Assembly (NCBI RefSeq): GCF_009914755.1
Contig: NC_060930.1
Direction: 5' to 3' (one strand)
Source: the human T2T-CHM13v2.0 reference genome, Homo sapiens
Length of the DNA stretch: 64,000 nucleotides
Shown: piece by piece, positions 1 through 12,599 of the stretch
Position numbering within the stretch: position 1 is the stretch's first letter
Layout: every line of letters starts with the position of its first letter
Notes under the pieces: generated by a model
Database searches by the model: none
Told to the model about the DNA's origin: nothing
Seen by the model: the letters and a program-made list of their open reading frames with translations, nothing else
Program-made: the position numbers and the translations under genes

Positions 1-337
1 CCTGAAAACTCTCCAGGCATTAAGTTGGATTATTGTAGGATATCTAGTTTGTTTCTCATCTCTCAAGAATTGCTGCCCTCTACTTCCTGCTGTCCAGTGT
101 CTGAAAACAATTGTTTTCTATATTTTATCTGCTTTCTAGTGGCTTAAGGTAGGAAGTTAAGTCCAGTCCCTGTTACTCTATCTTGGCCCAGAGTGGAGAT
201 CAGGTTATGTATTTTTTATATTCCCAAATTTATTTCACTCTGAGTATAGGAAGTTATAACATTAAATTGTCTCCCAACTATTCCTGGGAGTTTCTCAGGT
301 GATTCCTCTCCTATGCTTCAGAACACATTTCTCAGGT

Positions 338-800
338 TATTCATTCATTTATTTATTCATATAATAGGTATTTATCGAGTGCTTATGATATCCAGGCACT
401 GTTATAGGTGCTTGGGATACAATGAAAGACAAGAAAGACAAGCTTTCTGCTTCTGACAGTTTACATTTTGTTGGGGACAGCCAAACTGAACAAGCAAATA
501 TCAGAAAGCAGCAAATGCCACGTAGAAAACAAGTCAGATGCTGTAATAGAGAGTGAATAGAGGGAAGGATGGTAATTAACCTTAGGAGTTACCGAGAAGG
601 TGACACTTGATCTGAGACCTGAATGATAAGAAAGTATCACCAATAAAAAATTGGGGAAAGAGAATTCCAAGAAGAGGAACTAGCAAACACAAAAGTCTTA
701 AAAGAAAATGAGGGATAGAAAGAACAGCGTGGTCCAAATTTAGAGAATGATGATGAAAGTAGGAGGAGATAGGAGAGAAAGGCATGGACTTGTATTCTCA
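338..800 (-). mobile_element. L2 LINE 3' end fragment (further L2 pieces at about 1550-1720 and 2660-2900)
   Basis: ttcattcatttatttattcat...tttatcgagtgcttatgatatccaggcactgttataggtgcttgggatac resembles the antisense L2 3' terminus. Confidence 0.8.
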
Positions 801-834
801 GTGTAAAGACAACGTGAGTGAGACATGCACCAGC

Positions 835-1545
835 TACTGCTTATTCCTACCAATACTGGTCTCTGTTCTCCCTTGTAGGCCTAGCCAATTCTGTTCTGCA
901 TTTAATCCTACCCCTGAACAAATGCTAATTACTCTAAACCAATCATGGTAATCCCTATGTATCTGGCTAGTGACTGGTTTTGAAAAAGGTGAGCGACAGA
1001 GACCTGGAAAATGAGACCTGAGAGGCAGTTTTTTAAGGAAAGATTCCCTTATTTATGAAAAGAGACCCACAGAAGGAGGTGGCCTCTGCTCTTTCATTAG
1101 ACCAATGATTATCAACTGGGGACAAATTTGTACCCCAGGAGATATTTGGCAGTATTTGGAGATGTTTTTGTTTGTCACATCTGGGAGTATGTTACTGGTA
1201 TCTACTAAGTACAGGCTAGGATTACTGCTAACCATTTTACAATGCATAGGACAGCCCACATAGCAAGGCAAGGAGTTATCCAACCCCAAATATCAATATT
1301 TCTAAGGTTAAGAAAGCCTACACTAGACACTCTTGGGTCTAAATGTGATTGCTACAACTGTTGTGGCCATCTTGCAACCAGGAATATTAGCTGATATGCT
1401 AAAGATGAAAAAGTGAAAAATAGAAAGACCCTAGGGATGTGATGTCTTTCAGCTGCTAAATAAACCAACTTATAACCATATCAGAACTTCTTGTTGTATG
1501 AACTATTACCTATGCTTATAGTTTGGACTATTTTGAGTTAAGCAG
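835..1545 (+). mobile_element. Old MaLR LTR (MLT1J/K-like), split by MER20
   Basis: Motifs ctaaaccaatcatggtaatcc, gtggccatcttgcaacca and cagctgctaaataaaccaac are typical of old MLT1 LTRs. Confidence 0.6.
1101..1326. mobile_element. MER20 (hAT-Charlie DNA transposon)
   Basis: tcaactggggacaaatttgtaccccaggagatatttggcag...ccattttacaatgcataggacagcccac...ccccaaatatcaata follows the MER20 layout. Confidence 0.85.
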
Positions 1546-1721
1546 TTCCATATGGGAATCTAGAGTCCACAGGAGAGATGACATATTATTTGGGAGTCAC
1601 CAACAAATAAATGAAACTTGAAGCCTTGGGACTGGAAGAGGGCATGGGTAGAGAACCAACATCAGGTAATGCCAACATTTATAGACTGGGTTGAGTCAGC
1701 ACAGAAGACTAGGAGTCAGGA

Positions 1722-1961
1722 ACAGCTAATAATAATATCTAATGCTTTTTATAGTGATTACTCCATGCCAAGCATTTTTCTAAATTCTTTGTAAATATTA
1801 ACTCATTTAATCCTTATAAAAACTTTATGAGGTAGGGTTACTATTATCATCCCATTTTACATACAAGGAAAGTGAGTCATAGCTCAATTAAAGCCAATTT
1901 TTCCAAGGTTACAAAATTAGTAAATGTATAAGTTGGGATTCAAATCCAGGCAGTCTGGCAC
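1722..1961 (-). mobile_element. MIR SINE
   Basis: MIR core aactcatttaatcct...attatcatccccattttaca...gggattcaaatccaggcagtctggc; it resumes at 2610 after the LTR insertion. Confidence 0.85.
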
Positions 1962-2609
1962 TATTGCTTCAATGTGTCCCCTCCTAAATTCAGATGTTCC
2001 CAATGAGATAGCATTAGGAGGTAGGGACTTTAAGTGGCGATTAGACTATGAGTGCTCCTCCCTGGTGTACGGGATTAGGTACCCTTATAAAAGGACTTGA
2101 TGGAGGGCTTTTGTCCCTTCTTGCCCTTTTGCCTTCTGCCATAGGAGGATATAGTGTTCTTCCCCTCCAGAGGACTCTGCATTCAGGGAACCACCTTGGA
2201 AGCAGAGGGAAGGATGCTAATTCAGGTTAGGAGTCACTGAGGAGGTGACACTTGATCTGAGGCCTGAATGACAAGAAAGTACGACCAATAAAAATGGAGG
2301 AAAGAGAATTCCAAGAAGAGGAATTAGCAAACACAAAAGTCTTAAAATGGAAATGGAAAATGTGTATTTGAAGGATAGAAAGAACAGTGTAGCCAGAATA
2401 TAGAGAATAATGATGAAACTAGGAAGAGATAGAAAGTGGTAGGAGGTGAGGGAACCTCACTTAAGGGAACCCTCACTCGATAATGAACCTGCCAGTCTTA
2501 ATTTAAAACTTCTCAGCCTCCAGAACTATGAAAATTAAATTTTTGGTTTTTTAAAATAAACTAAACAGTCTCAAATATTTTCTTACAGCAGCACACATAG
2601 ACTATGAAA
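1962..2609 (+). mobile_element. MaLR LTR (MSTC/MLT1A-like) with a ~240 bp foreign insert
   Basis: aatgtgtcccc...ccttggaagcagag [insert] ccctcac...cagcctccagaactatga...acagcagcacacatagactatgaaa; ggcac flanks both ends (1957-1961 and 2610-2614), a candidate 5-bp TSD. Confidence 0.8.
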
Positions 2610-4874
2610 GGCACCAAAGTCTAAACTATCTTGTTATACAACATTTCTAGCATCAGAAACGTGGTTTCATAGATGGTAAGAAAGGTAAGTGCTTAAGAAA
2701 AGAGGAAATAGTCAGCTGTGTTGAATGCTATTAATAAATCAACTAAGAGGGCAGAGAGATGTCAGTTGGATTTGGCAACATGAAGAACATTGATGACCTT
2801 GACATGAGCAGTTTTCAGTTCCTTAGATAAAAAATAAGCTTATACATGTGGATTCAGAAGTGAATAGGGGATGAGAATTCTAGATTTAAAGTTTAGAATT
2901 TTATTTAATTGTTATCTGTTTAATTGTTGTGTGAAAATATAGGAATGAAAGAATATTGTAGACTTTAAGTAACTAAGACCTAAAATACATAATATAGACA
3001 AGACAATTATGGTCAAATTAGCCAGACATGAATTAGAATACTTCATTTGTAACTTGAAATAATTATAAAATAGGTATGTGATTGATTTTGCCACCTGCCA
3101 AACATTATCAATGAATTTTTCATTTCATTTCTTCTCTAAATATTCTTTTCTCTTATTTTTACCCTCTCATTTTGCATGCTTTGAAGTAGAGACCTGTGCC
3201 TCCAGAAGGAGCACAATCATGTCTATCAAATTATGGCCTTGACTATCACTGAGGCATTGAATTCCACAAGTATGTGCCTCTTAACCTCTAATGAGCAGCA
3301 GGTTACTGTAATTCTGTGTGTGAATTTCTGGGACAGACATTACAGGCGTTTCTCTCATTGTGATAAATATCTAGGGAATCTCGCTGCAATGTTGGCATAG
3401 TAAATCTTAAATTTGAGTATATCCTAGCATCAAATTATGGTGTACTACACAGGTGATAAAAACAAACTAGACGAACATTTTTGTTTGCATCTACTGGCTT
3501 TAAGAGGCTATCTTATGGTACCAATGTGTTCTTTAGAGAATTGGCTGGTCATGTAATATTCTTCTATATCTCTATAATTAAAGTGGTTTGTAGCTCAAAC
3601 TCTTAAGCTGGACTTTAAGCAAAATGGCCATGAAATGCCACTCTTAGTAATAATAAAATGATTTTTAGGGATTAAAAAGAATGATCCAAATTGGGATACA
3701 TAAAGAAAGCATATTGTCTTGATTATTATTTAATCTGAATATTTTCTCTATGGATACAGTCATGGCCATAATTCCACAGAAGTAGCATTGTGATATGGTG
3801 TCAACTGTGTATTAAAACCTGTGTTCACAGAGGTGAAATTATTATATTTCTATATTTTAAAAAGTCATTATCAAACATCAAGCTGTTGACTATTCCTTTG
3901 CTAGGTTCATTTTAATAATCACAGAGAAAGAAAACACTAGGTTGCTAATATAGAGCCCAGAAGAAATGTTTGCAACTAACTAGTGGCACAATTTTAGCTA
4001 GTTATTTAACCCATATGAGTCTCGATTTTCTTATGTGTAAACTGGGAACAGTAGTGTCTATTTGGCATGTAATAAGTTATCAGTAAATGTTATCTAATTC
4101 CAACTCTAGTGGGCTGGTAGCATCATATTTATGTACAAAAGTCAGGACATGATCAATGTGATGATTCCCATGATTCAAATGGAATATGACAATCAGGGTA
4201 ATTGTGGCCTAGGAAACCATTAAACATACAGAAGATACTCATTTATTCAGATGTCAATGCAAATCTAGCCCTAAATTAAAGAGGCCGTATTAGATAACTT
4301 ATCAGAGACATTCATCCTCCAAACTGAAACAAAAGATAAACATCTATGTTTTGCCTAAACAAATAGAAAGAATCTAACTGTGATGCAAATTGGGATAAAA
4401 CTGTAGAACTTGCCTGATCATTTTAGTTCTGGAGTGTCCCTCACATCAGTCAACATGGCATGACTCCTTGGCTTTGATTTTTGGCACTAATTGTGATCTT
4501 TAAAAAAAAACTCATAAATTCATTTGATTGAGTTTCTGTGGCACAGATCAAGTTTGTACTGGTAGAGCCAAGTCATGAACTTTCCCTCTGCTTTTCCTTG
4601 GCTCACTCTCCAAAGTTCTTGCTGCTCTTCCTGCAAAGGACAGTGACTTGCTTGGCTGCCAGCTGCCATGCAGCAAGTCTGGACTCAGATTTTTGTCTCT
4701 AACAAAACCAATGAAAGTCTGCATTCAGGTTTTGTCTGTAACAAAACCAATGTTTGGAAATGAAGACACTCAGTTTATCAATCTCTTAGTTGACAGAAAA
4801 CAACTGGTTTGACTAATGTTTTCATTTCATTAGCAGGTGATTAATGCCCTGAATATAATACATATTGAGGTTTA

Positions 4875-5040
4875 ATAGAAAGAATACAGGCTTAGGGATC
4901 AGAAAGACTGGGCCTAAAGTCAAGACTTTAAAGCACCTCTTTGATTTTTAGGTTCTTTATGTATAGAATGGTTGTAATCAAGCCTGTGCCATAACATTTT
5001 GGTGAGGAATAAATGAGGTAGCATAGTGTAAACTGCTTGG
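4875..5040 (+). mobile_element. MIR SINE fragment
   Basis: gaaagaatacaggcttagggatcagaaagactggg...gtgaggaataaatgag...gtaaactgcttgg. Confidence 0.65.
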
Positions 5041-5069
5041 GTTTAAGGAAAGGTAACTAAAAGTGGTAT

Positions 5070-5560
5070 GAAAGAGGAGAAGAGAATGGGAAAGGAGGCC
5101 CAGTTAGGTGATAATAGTAATATATAGGTAAGAAATGATAAGCATGTAACAATAGTAGTGGTGAGAGATTAAACACACACACACAAACACACAATGCTTC
5201 TGGGATCTATTTTAGATGAAGGAGTAGATGTAGCTGGAGGGTAACAGAGATAAAATGTAAGACTGTGGGAGAAGCAGACCTTCAAGGAACCAAGATGGCT
5301 CTAGTTTTGCACATGTCAAGTTTAAGATGCCCACTGGACATCCAAGCAGAGTTCAGGGAAGGGGTGCAGGCTGAAAATGCAAACACAAGAATCATCAACA
5401 TATGGATGATATTTAAAGCCATGAGGCCAAATGAGATCACCAAAGAAACACACGCAGAAGGAAAAGAGCAGAAGATCAAGGGTTGAGCATTGAATGGAGC
5501 CTTGAGAACAACAATGTCCAGAGGTGAGACTGATGAGGATGTGCCAGAAGAGGAGATCAA
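5070..5560 (-). mobile_element. L2 LINE fragment
   Basis: agttttgcacatgtcaagtttaagatgcccactggacatccaag...atttaaagccatgag...gagatcacc, antisense L2 pattern. Confidence 0.7.
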
Positions 5561-5730
5561 CTAAGATGATCTTCTTTTCTGAATTCATTTACATTTTCAA
5601 TATGTTTGAACACCTTTGTGATTTTCCATAGTAAATAGGAATTTTCTTAACATTCTTCCAGAAAAATCTAGAAAAGGAATAGTTGTTATAAATTATAATG
5701 TTATAAATCCAAGGTGTAAAGAATACATGT

Positions 5731-5860
5731 GTAATAAAGCTGCACGTTCTGCACATGTATCTTGTTTTTTTACAAGAAATAAAAATAAAAGAAATTCATT
5801 GATTTTAGACTTTTAAATATGTATGCAATTTCTATAAACATAAAGGGAATATTAAAAAAA
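5731..5860 (+). mobile_element. Extremely 5'-truncated L1PA8-like 3' tip plus extra 3' sequence
   Basis: ctgcacgttctgcacatgtatcttgtttttttacaagaaataaa resembles the L1PA8-type terminus; 16-bp flanking direct repeat at 5718-5733 and 5855-5870. Confidence 0.7.
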
Positions 5861-7170
5861 TACATGTGTACATGTGATTTCATAATATTCCAATTTGTTT
5901 CCGTTTGTGTAAAAGGTTTAATTTATACTGTAGTTCAAAGGTACAAAGAATAAATCCTCAACATGTGTTTTCATTTCATATCTCAGTTTCTGTACCCTTT
6001 TATTTACAGCAAAAGATAAATGAAGGCAAAAAGTTCACCTCAGAATTTGTCCTCCATGGTAGCTTAAAAACACAAAGGTTTGAACTAGTGTTTTGAAAGA
6101 CAGGTTCTGTTTCAACAATTTCCATTTTTCTAAGAATGATCATTCAAAAAATCATATGGTGTACAAGGAAGACTTTATGTAAGATGTTATTCTGTAGCAG
6201 GGTTTTGGCTTTCTCCTTTTTGATTCCCTTATTGTCAGCTATTCATAACACAAATGCTTTTGTCCTTTTCTCCCTCTCCCTGCCACAATAGACCAAGTAA
6301 TTAACCAAGTGAAGAGGCTGTCAATTAAACACTGATACTAATCTAGGCATAAAAGGTTCTTTAGGGAACATTGGTTTTGAACATATTTTCAGCATTATCA
6401 GCATTGATTTTATTCAATCCAATTCTCATACAATCGAGTGCTCCAAATATTTACATGCCATCCAGGCAACACTTGCAACATGGATGACCCACAATGTAGA
6501 AACAGCGTTCACAAAGAATGTACGGAGAATAAGCTCTCTATTGTGCCTCCAAGGCCTGTTTTCCCGGGAATAGATGTTCCATCATTAATTAATGTCCCAC
6601 ATCTTTAATGATAAGATTGTCAAGGACAATTAGGGAAATGATTACAAGTGTCCTTGGCAACTGGAATGCCCCGCAGATTTTAGCTTACTTTCCCTAAGTG
6701 TTGCTGAAACGTCATTTCTTTGAAGTGTGAAGACTTAACCATACCTTGCATTGGTGGCATTGTGTTCAAATGTTATGCAAAAAGAAGACATGTTTTTAGC
6801 CTGATTTCTTTGGCACAAATAAGATATTTAAAAATAATTATATTGTTGTGTCATTGCTTTAGCAATTAACTCTCTGGTAGTAAATTCACTATCTAATAGT
6901 AAATTTTCTTGGGAATTAGTAGGGTTTATTATTACCTGTCTTGCTAATCTATTTGATAAATTTATATAAACATGCTATTCCTTAAAATAAATCCATTTTT
7001 AGCTATCACTAGCTATCAATGATTTTTCTCCTATCTCTTACTTTCACTTCGGTCTGTTGATACATTTATCCAAAGATACAGCTTTGTCTAAGCAGTCCCT
7101 GTAAGACATTTGGGCTTCAAGAATAGCCTCCTTCTCCAAACCATTGTCAAAAACTATGGAGAGTCTGCAC

Positions 7171-7641
7171 TGTTACTCTATATTCAGGCTAATGAGTTGG
7201 CCTGCCACAGCCTCATCGATGCTGGCAGAAGACATGAGCCCTGGGTCAGTACTCAGAACTTTATTCCTCAAGGCACGGCAAACAGCAGGAGTATCACGTT
7301 CGTCGCCATTCTTCTTGCCTCTCAAGTCCCACAGGGGTAACAAAACAGGCCCAAGTGGATGCTGCACATACAGAGAATCACAGCTGAAGAAGCTTAAGTT
7401 TAGAGAACTCTGATCTTTTATAATAGGCAGTAAGCAAACCTGTGTGACCTTTGCTCCAGAGAAGGAAATTATCTTTAACATGCTGGACAGGAAGCAAACT
7501 GGCTTGCTGCTTCAGTGGAAGACACTCTATTATCTAAGGCTGTTTGCTATACGAACATCCTTGTGAAGATAAAGGTAAGGAGTGTCTCTGTTTGGAGGAC
7601 ATGCAGAAACATGAGAGACCCATGGAGAGTTGTCTCCCAAA
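7171..7641 (-). mobile_element. LTR40-like ERVL solo LTR
   Basis: Reverse complement begins ttgggagacaactctccatgggtctctcatgtttctgcatgtc, like the LTR40 5' end. Confidence 0.75.
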
Positions 7642-9328
7642 TCCTTTTTCTAGAAGTAAGACATTAATCATGAAAGAATGTTGAGATGTTTCAACTATAA
7701 TTACCTTTGGAAGGAGGAGTTCAAACTACGCATGTCCCATCCCCCTAACATTTTAATAACCCATTTTAATAACCTTTCCCAACCCACTCCTAGCCCTTTC
7801 CCCAAGCATATTATTTCCTTCCTGATAGTAAAATACCTGTGACACTTTCAATGTTTTTTCTTTTGTACTAGCCACAGACATATGAGTCAAGTCTAATGCT
7901 CAATCCCATAAAATTATGGCAATGCATATCAATAGTTTATTTACGTCTTCCTTTTTTCTTAGCCCCGATTTTTAATTTACTTTTTATAATATATTGCACA
8001 TGTTCTGTATTATAAACTGCTTTAAATTATTTTGGGAAAGAAGCTGCTATATATATTTTAAATAAATGCCAAATAATGAAAAGATTGGATAGGCCAAAAT
8101 AGTTGACTACATAAAAAAGTTTCAAAAACAGATAAATCACAACTAATCTCTCTAGAGGCAGTACAAAGCATTTTTTCATATTTATTCATTACATAGTTAT
8201 TTGCCACACTTCTTTAAAATATTGGAAAGGTAAGAATAGACAACATCATAACAACGCATATAATTTAAAATTTCATATTATTTACTGGTAATAATAGCAA
8301 TGTGTTTATTATATTTAAAAATATGAGAAATTTAAAGAAGAAAAATTAAATTATCCACAGCACCCCACCAGCCAGATATAAAACAAGGCTAACTTTTAAA
8401 TGTAGTTCCATGCAATTTTTATATATAAATATATACATTACATAATCAAAATTGTGTATGTACAGATTACTTACTGTTTTTTTGTTTTGTGAGGGTATTC
8501 AAACTATGCTGATATTATTTAAAAATGTAAGTTTTGAAATGGCCTCATTTTTTTTCATCATATGGCCAAACTATAATTTACTAAATATTTTCCTATGGTT
8601 TACTATTTGTTTATAATTTTCCCAGTAAAAATTCTGTAGCATATTACCTTATACACAAATAGTTGTCCACATTTGTGATTATTTTCTTGGGACAGAGTGA
8701 TGGTTAATTTTAGGTGTCAACTTGACTGAATTAAGGGATACCCAGAGAGTTGGTAAAGTAGCACTAATTGTCAATTCTTGCATTAAGTATCCTCAACGCT
8801 TCAGTAGGCACTGAGCCCATCCCCCTCTGCTGAAAGGGGAAACCAGGTGGTTTGGCATTTGATTAGAACATTAAGCCTGTCGCAGGTGTGTCTCTGAAGG
8901 CATTTCTGGAGGAGATTTCTGGAGGAGATTGGTATGTGAGTCAGTGGACTGAGCTGGGGAAGATTTGCCCACAACGTGGGTGGGCACCATCCAGTCAGCT
9001 GGGGTCCTGGATGGAACAAAAAGGTGGAGGAAGGGAGAATTCTCGCTCTCTAGAGTCGGGACACTCTTCTTCTCCTGTCTTTTGATATTAGAACTCCAGG
9101 TTCTTCTTTGGGTTTTACACTCTGGGACTCACATTAGTGGCCCCCAAGGGCTCTCAGACCTTGGGCCTCAGACTGACAGTTATACCAATGGCTTCCCTGG
9201 TTCTGAGGCGTTTGGACTTAGAGTAAGACATGCACTGGCTTCCCTGGTTCTCCAGCTTGCAGACAGCTTATCACGGGACTTCTCAGGCTCCATAATCAAA
9301 TGAGCCAATTTCCCTAATAAATAGTTTC

Positions 9329-9339
9329 TCCTCTCTCTG

Positions 9340-9375
<36 letters not shown>
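9329..9375. repeat. (TC)n microsatellite
   Basis: Directly visible TC run inside MLT2B, at the MER4D insertion point. Confidence 0.95.
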
Positions 9376-9380
<5 letters not shown>

Positions 9381-9859
9381 AGGAAAATAAAATCTAGGGA
9401 CCCCGATTCACTATGCTAAAAGAAAAAAAATTAAGCCGAAAGCTGAGTCATGCAAGAAACTGCTAATCGGGAATTCTCTTGTTCCTAAGCTACAGATAAA
9501 ACCTGCAGATAAAAGGCCAGATACCTCCACAGGTACTACTCTATCTTCACCTTATCTTATGTGAAGTGCTGGTTTACTGACCACGAGATGAATACATAAT
9601 TGAATCTTTCCGTACTTGCTCATTTTCTCTTGTAACATGTGGATTCAGTAATATGACCATCACCTACCTCCCTCTTTCCCCTCCAGCCTTCTTTTCTCCT
9701 TTTAAATAATGAAGCCCTCAAAATTATCACTGGAGAAAGGCAAACACCACAGATTGTTTCTGTGATTTCTGTGTTCCTTTATCCAGGCATGTCCTTAAAC
9801 CTTGGCAAAATGAACTTCTAAATTGATTGAGACCTGTCTCAGACACTTTTTGGTTTACA
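9375..9859 (+). mobile_element. MER4D-like ERV1 solo LTR nested in MLT2B
   Basis: gtgaaaggaaaataaaatctagggacccc...aagctgagtcatgcaagaa...gagacctgtctcagacactttttggtttaca. Confidence 0.85.
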
Positions 9860-11410
9860 CTACATTTATCTATCTATCTGTCTATCTATCTATCTATCTC
9901 TCTATCTTACTGGTTGTGTCTCTGGAGAACCCTGACTAAAATACACTCCTAGAAATGCAATAACTAGGTCAAATAACTAGGTTTAGACCTTTGAGGCACA
10001 TTGGCAAGCTACTTTCTAGAAAAGTTGAATCAATTTACAATTCTGCCAACCACAAATAAGAGTGCCTGTTTTACCACAACCTGACCAGCATTGAGAATTA
10101 TTTTTTATCTTGGATTAATAAATTAAAAATAAAATGTCAATGTTTTAATCATGTTTCTTTGTTATGAATGGGATTATTTTCAAATGCATTTTTTGGTCCT
10201 CTGTGGTGAACCATTTCATTGTCAATTTAGCCCCTTTGTTTTCCTATAAAGAATCATGGTTTTCTTATTGATTATATGAGATTATTATTCTTAAGCACAT
10301 TTTGACTGTTACAGTTATGATTAACACTTCTTTTTAAAACAAAGTTTTCATTTTCTTTTGAAGTTTAATTTTTATGCTCAGAAATATGAGATGTATGCAG
10401 TCAAATATCTTACTACTTGTTTCATCGCTTTTATGATTTTAAATTTCTTGTCAATTCTGAAATCCCTTAAGTATTTTCCAGTATACTCTTCTAGTTTTGT
10501 GGGAGTTTTATAGTTAAATCTTTAATGCGTCCTAGGGCTAGACTCCAAAATGTTAAAACAGCAATGAATTATTTAACCAAACTCCCGGAACAGTACAGTA
10601 GAACCCAGCACTGGGAGGGCTGCAAAAAACTAATTGGGAATTCAAGTTCCTTTTTGCCCAGCACTGACTTCCACAGATATGAGCTTGACTTCTCCAGCTA
10701 GACCCTCGTCTGTCTCTGATGTTTAAGCATTATATCATCTAGAGTTTAAAAACTGCATTTGGTGGTAGGGCAGCACATGTGAACTGTGGTTTGGCCAAAC
10801 ATTCTCTAGTTATGTATCTAAATTTTGTCTTCTAACCATGTTTTCAGCCCCACTCCCAGTCTTCAACTTACACATAGCTAGAGGGACTGTCCCCTTACCC
10901 TCTCTTAGAGACAGCTCCTCCCCACCATGTTCTTTACTGAGGAATCTGCATCATGAGTAGTAGACTTCTCTACTAAATTTCTTATAGGTAGGTTGTGAGG
11001 ACACTGCATTAGCACGCCTACTGTTGACTCCAGAGCCAAACTGGCTGGGCTTGAATTACATTTCCCTAATGCTGGAACTGTGTAAACTTGGGCAAGTACA
11101 TTGATCTTTCATCTGATTATTGAGAGTTCTTCTGCAATGGGAATTCCACAAGGGAGACAAATATCACATGTCCTAGATCCATCCAAAGAGGTTCATCCAC
11201 GAAACTTTTCACTAGACCGCCTTGTCACCAATCTGCAGATCCCGCTGTTGCCATAAATCTTCCTTATAATGCATCTAAATCATTAGCTATTGCTCATTAA
11301 TTCGTATAGATTTGTACTTTAGTCCAATTTTCCTTCCAGAAAAGTGAATACCCAGATATACAGTCATCTTCCAAAGTACCTAGGCTTGTGTGTGTTGGGG
11401 TGGGGGGAGG

Positions 11411-11692
11411 TTATTTATTTTTTTATTTTTAGAAAGAGTCCCACTCTGACTCCCAGGCTGGAGGGCAGTGGCATGATCAGAGCTCATTGCAGCCTCAAAC
11501 TCCTTGGCTCAAGCCATTCTCCTGCTGCAGCCTTAACAAGTAGCTGGGACGACAGACATGTGCCACCATGACTGGCTAAGTTTTAATTTTGTCTTTTTTT
11601 GCAGAGACAGGGTTTTACTATGTTGCCCAGGCTAGTCTCAAACTCCCAGCCTCAAAGTGTTGGGATTACAGGCATGAGCCACCGTGCCCGAC
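11411..11692 (-). mobile_element. AluJ with an internal left-arm deletion
   Basis: gctcattgcagcctcaaactcc and gagacagggttttactatgttgcccagg are AluJ-type; candidate TSD taggcttgtgt/tagggttgtgt. Confidence 0.9.
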
Positions 11693-11696
11693 GTAG

Positions 11697-11865
11697 GGTT
11701 GTGTTTCCAAAACTTTGATGTGCATACAGATCAGTTGAGATCTTGTTAAAATTAAGACTGATTCAGTAGCCGTTGGGATTCTACAATCCCACATTTCTTA
11801 AACATTTCCAGGCGATGCTGCTGTTGTTGCTGCTGGTCTAAGGCCAGTATTTTGAGCAGAAAGGG
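11697..11865. mobile_element. MER5A-like hAT element
   Basis: caaaactttgatgtgcataca...atcttgttaaaat...ctgattcagtag...ccaggcgatgctgctg...ttttgagcag. Confidence 0.75.
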
Positions 11866-12599
11866 TCAAAGTTGCCCTTTCTTGTTCATCAGGTTCTTTC
11901 ACCATGATGTCTTCTGGGATGGCAGGATTATCAAAGTCCCTCAGTCTTAACTAATAGAGCCAGAGAACTGATATAGCCCTGAAGCAATATGATGAAAGTA
12001 TAAGGATATCCCTGCCTAAAAGTTAAATGAGTTAAAATTCATAGTATTATTTTGGGATTATAATTAGAATTATTTTAGGCTTATTGGTATGGGAAAGATA
12101 CAGTCACCATATTAATAGCTATTTATCATATACTGGAGTCTTCAATGCAACAGCAGCTACAACTGAATTCACAGCCTGATTAAACATGTGATAACACAGC
12201 TCTTCTCTAAGTTCCACCAAATATTTGACAAGGTACTGTCACCTGATGTCCTCAAGATTAAGTATTGTTTTTGTTTGCTATTTTGTTAACTAATGGGAAC
12301 CTAAGGGACTTCTACTTCATACTTTCTCTCATGTACTGACATGCTAATCCATATGTCAGAGAAATGGACAGGAATTTTATCAGATGTTGAAAAAAGTGTA
12401 TTTTATACATAGAGGAACAGATAAAACAAACATAGAATAGCTTCATGGACTCACTTACTATAAGATAAACTTGGGCCAAAACTTCACTTACTGTCTGAAT
12501 TCCATAAGCCTCCACTGTGAAGGGTATATTACAAGCAGCATTTTGAACTCACAGCAAATAGCTCCAAACCAGTGTTCCATAATCCTCCAAAAATATATA

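Larger units (their letters stand above)
8697..9945 (+). mobile_element. MLT2B ERVL LTR
   Basis: Starts gtgatggttaattttaggtgtcaacttgactg and ends tctctggagaaccctgactaaaataca. Confidence 0.9.
8250..10530 (-). mobile_element. Old L1M 3' region, interrupted by MLT2B and MER4D
   Basis: tcctagaaatgcaataactaggtcaaa...tttctagaaaagttgaatcaatttaca...gagtgcctgttttaccacaacc is antisense L1M ORF2 end/3'UTR; it continues on both sides of the LTR. Confidence 0.6.

Noticed and set aside
1-200. Possible old L1M 5' fragment at the window start
   Set aside because: It resembles an antisense old L1M end but is too short and diverged to name with confidence.
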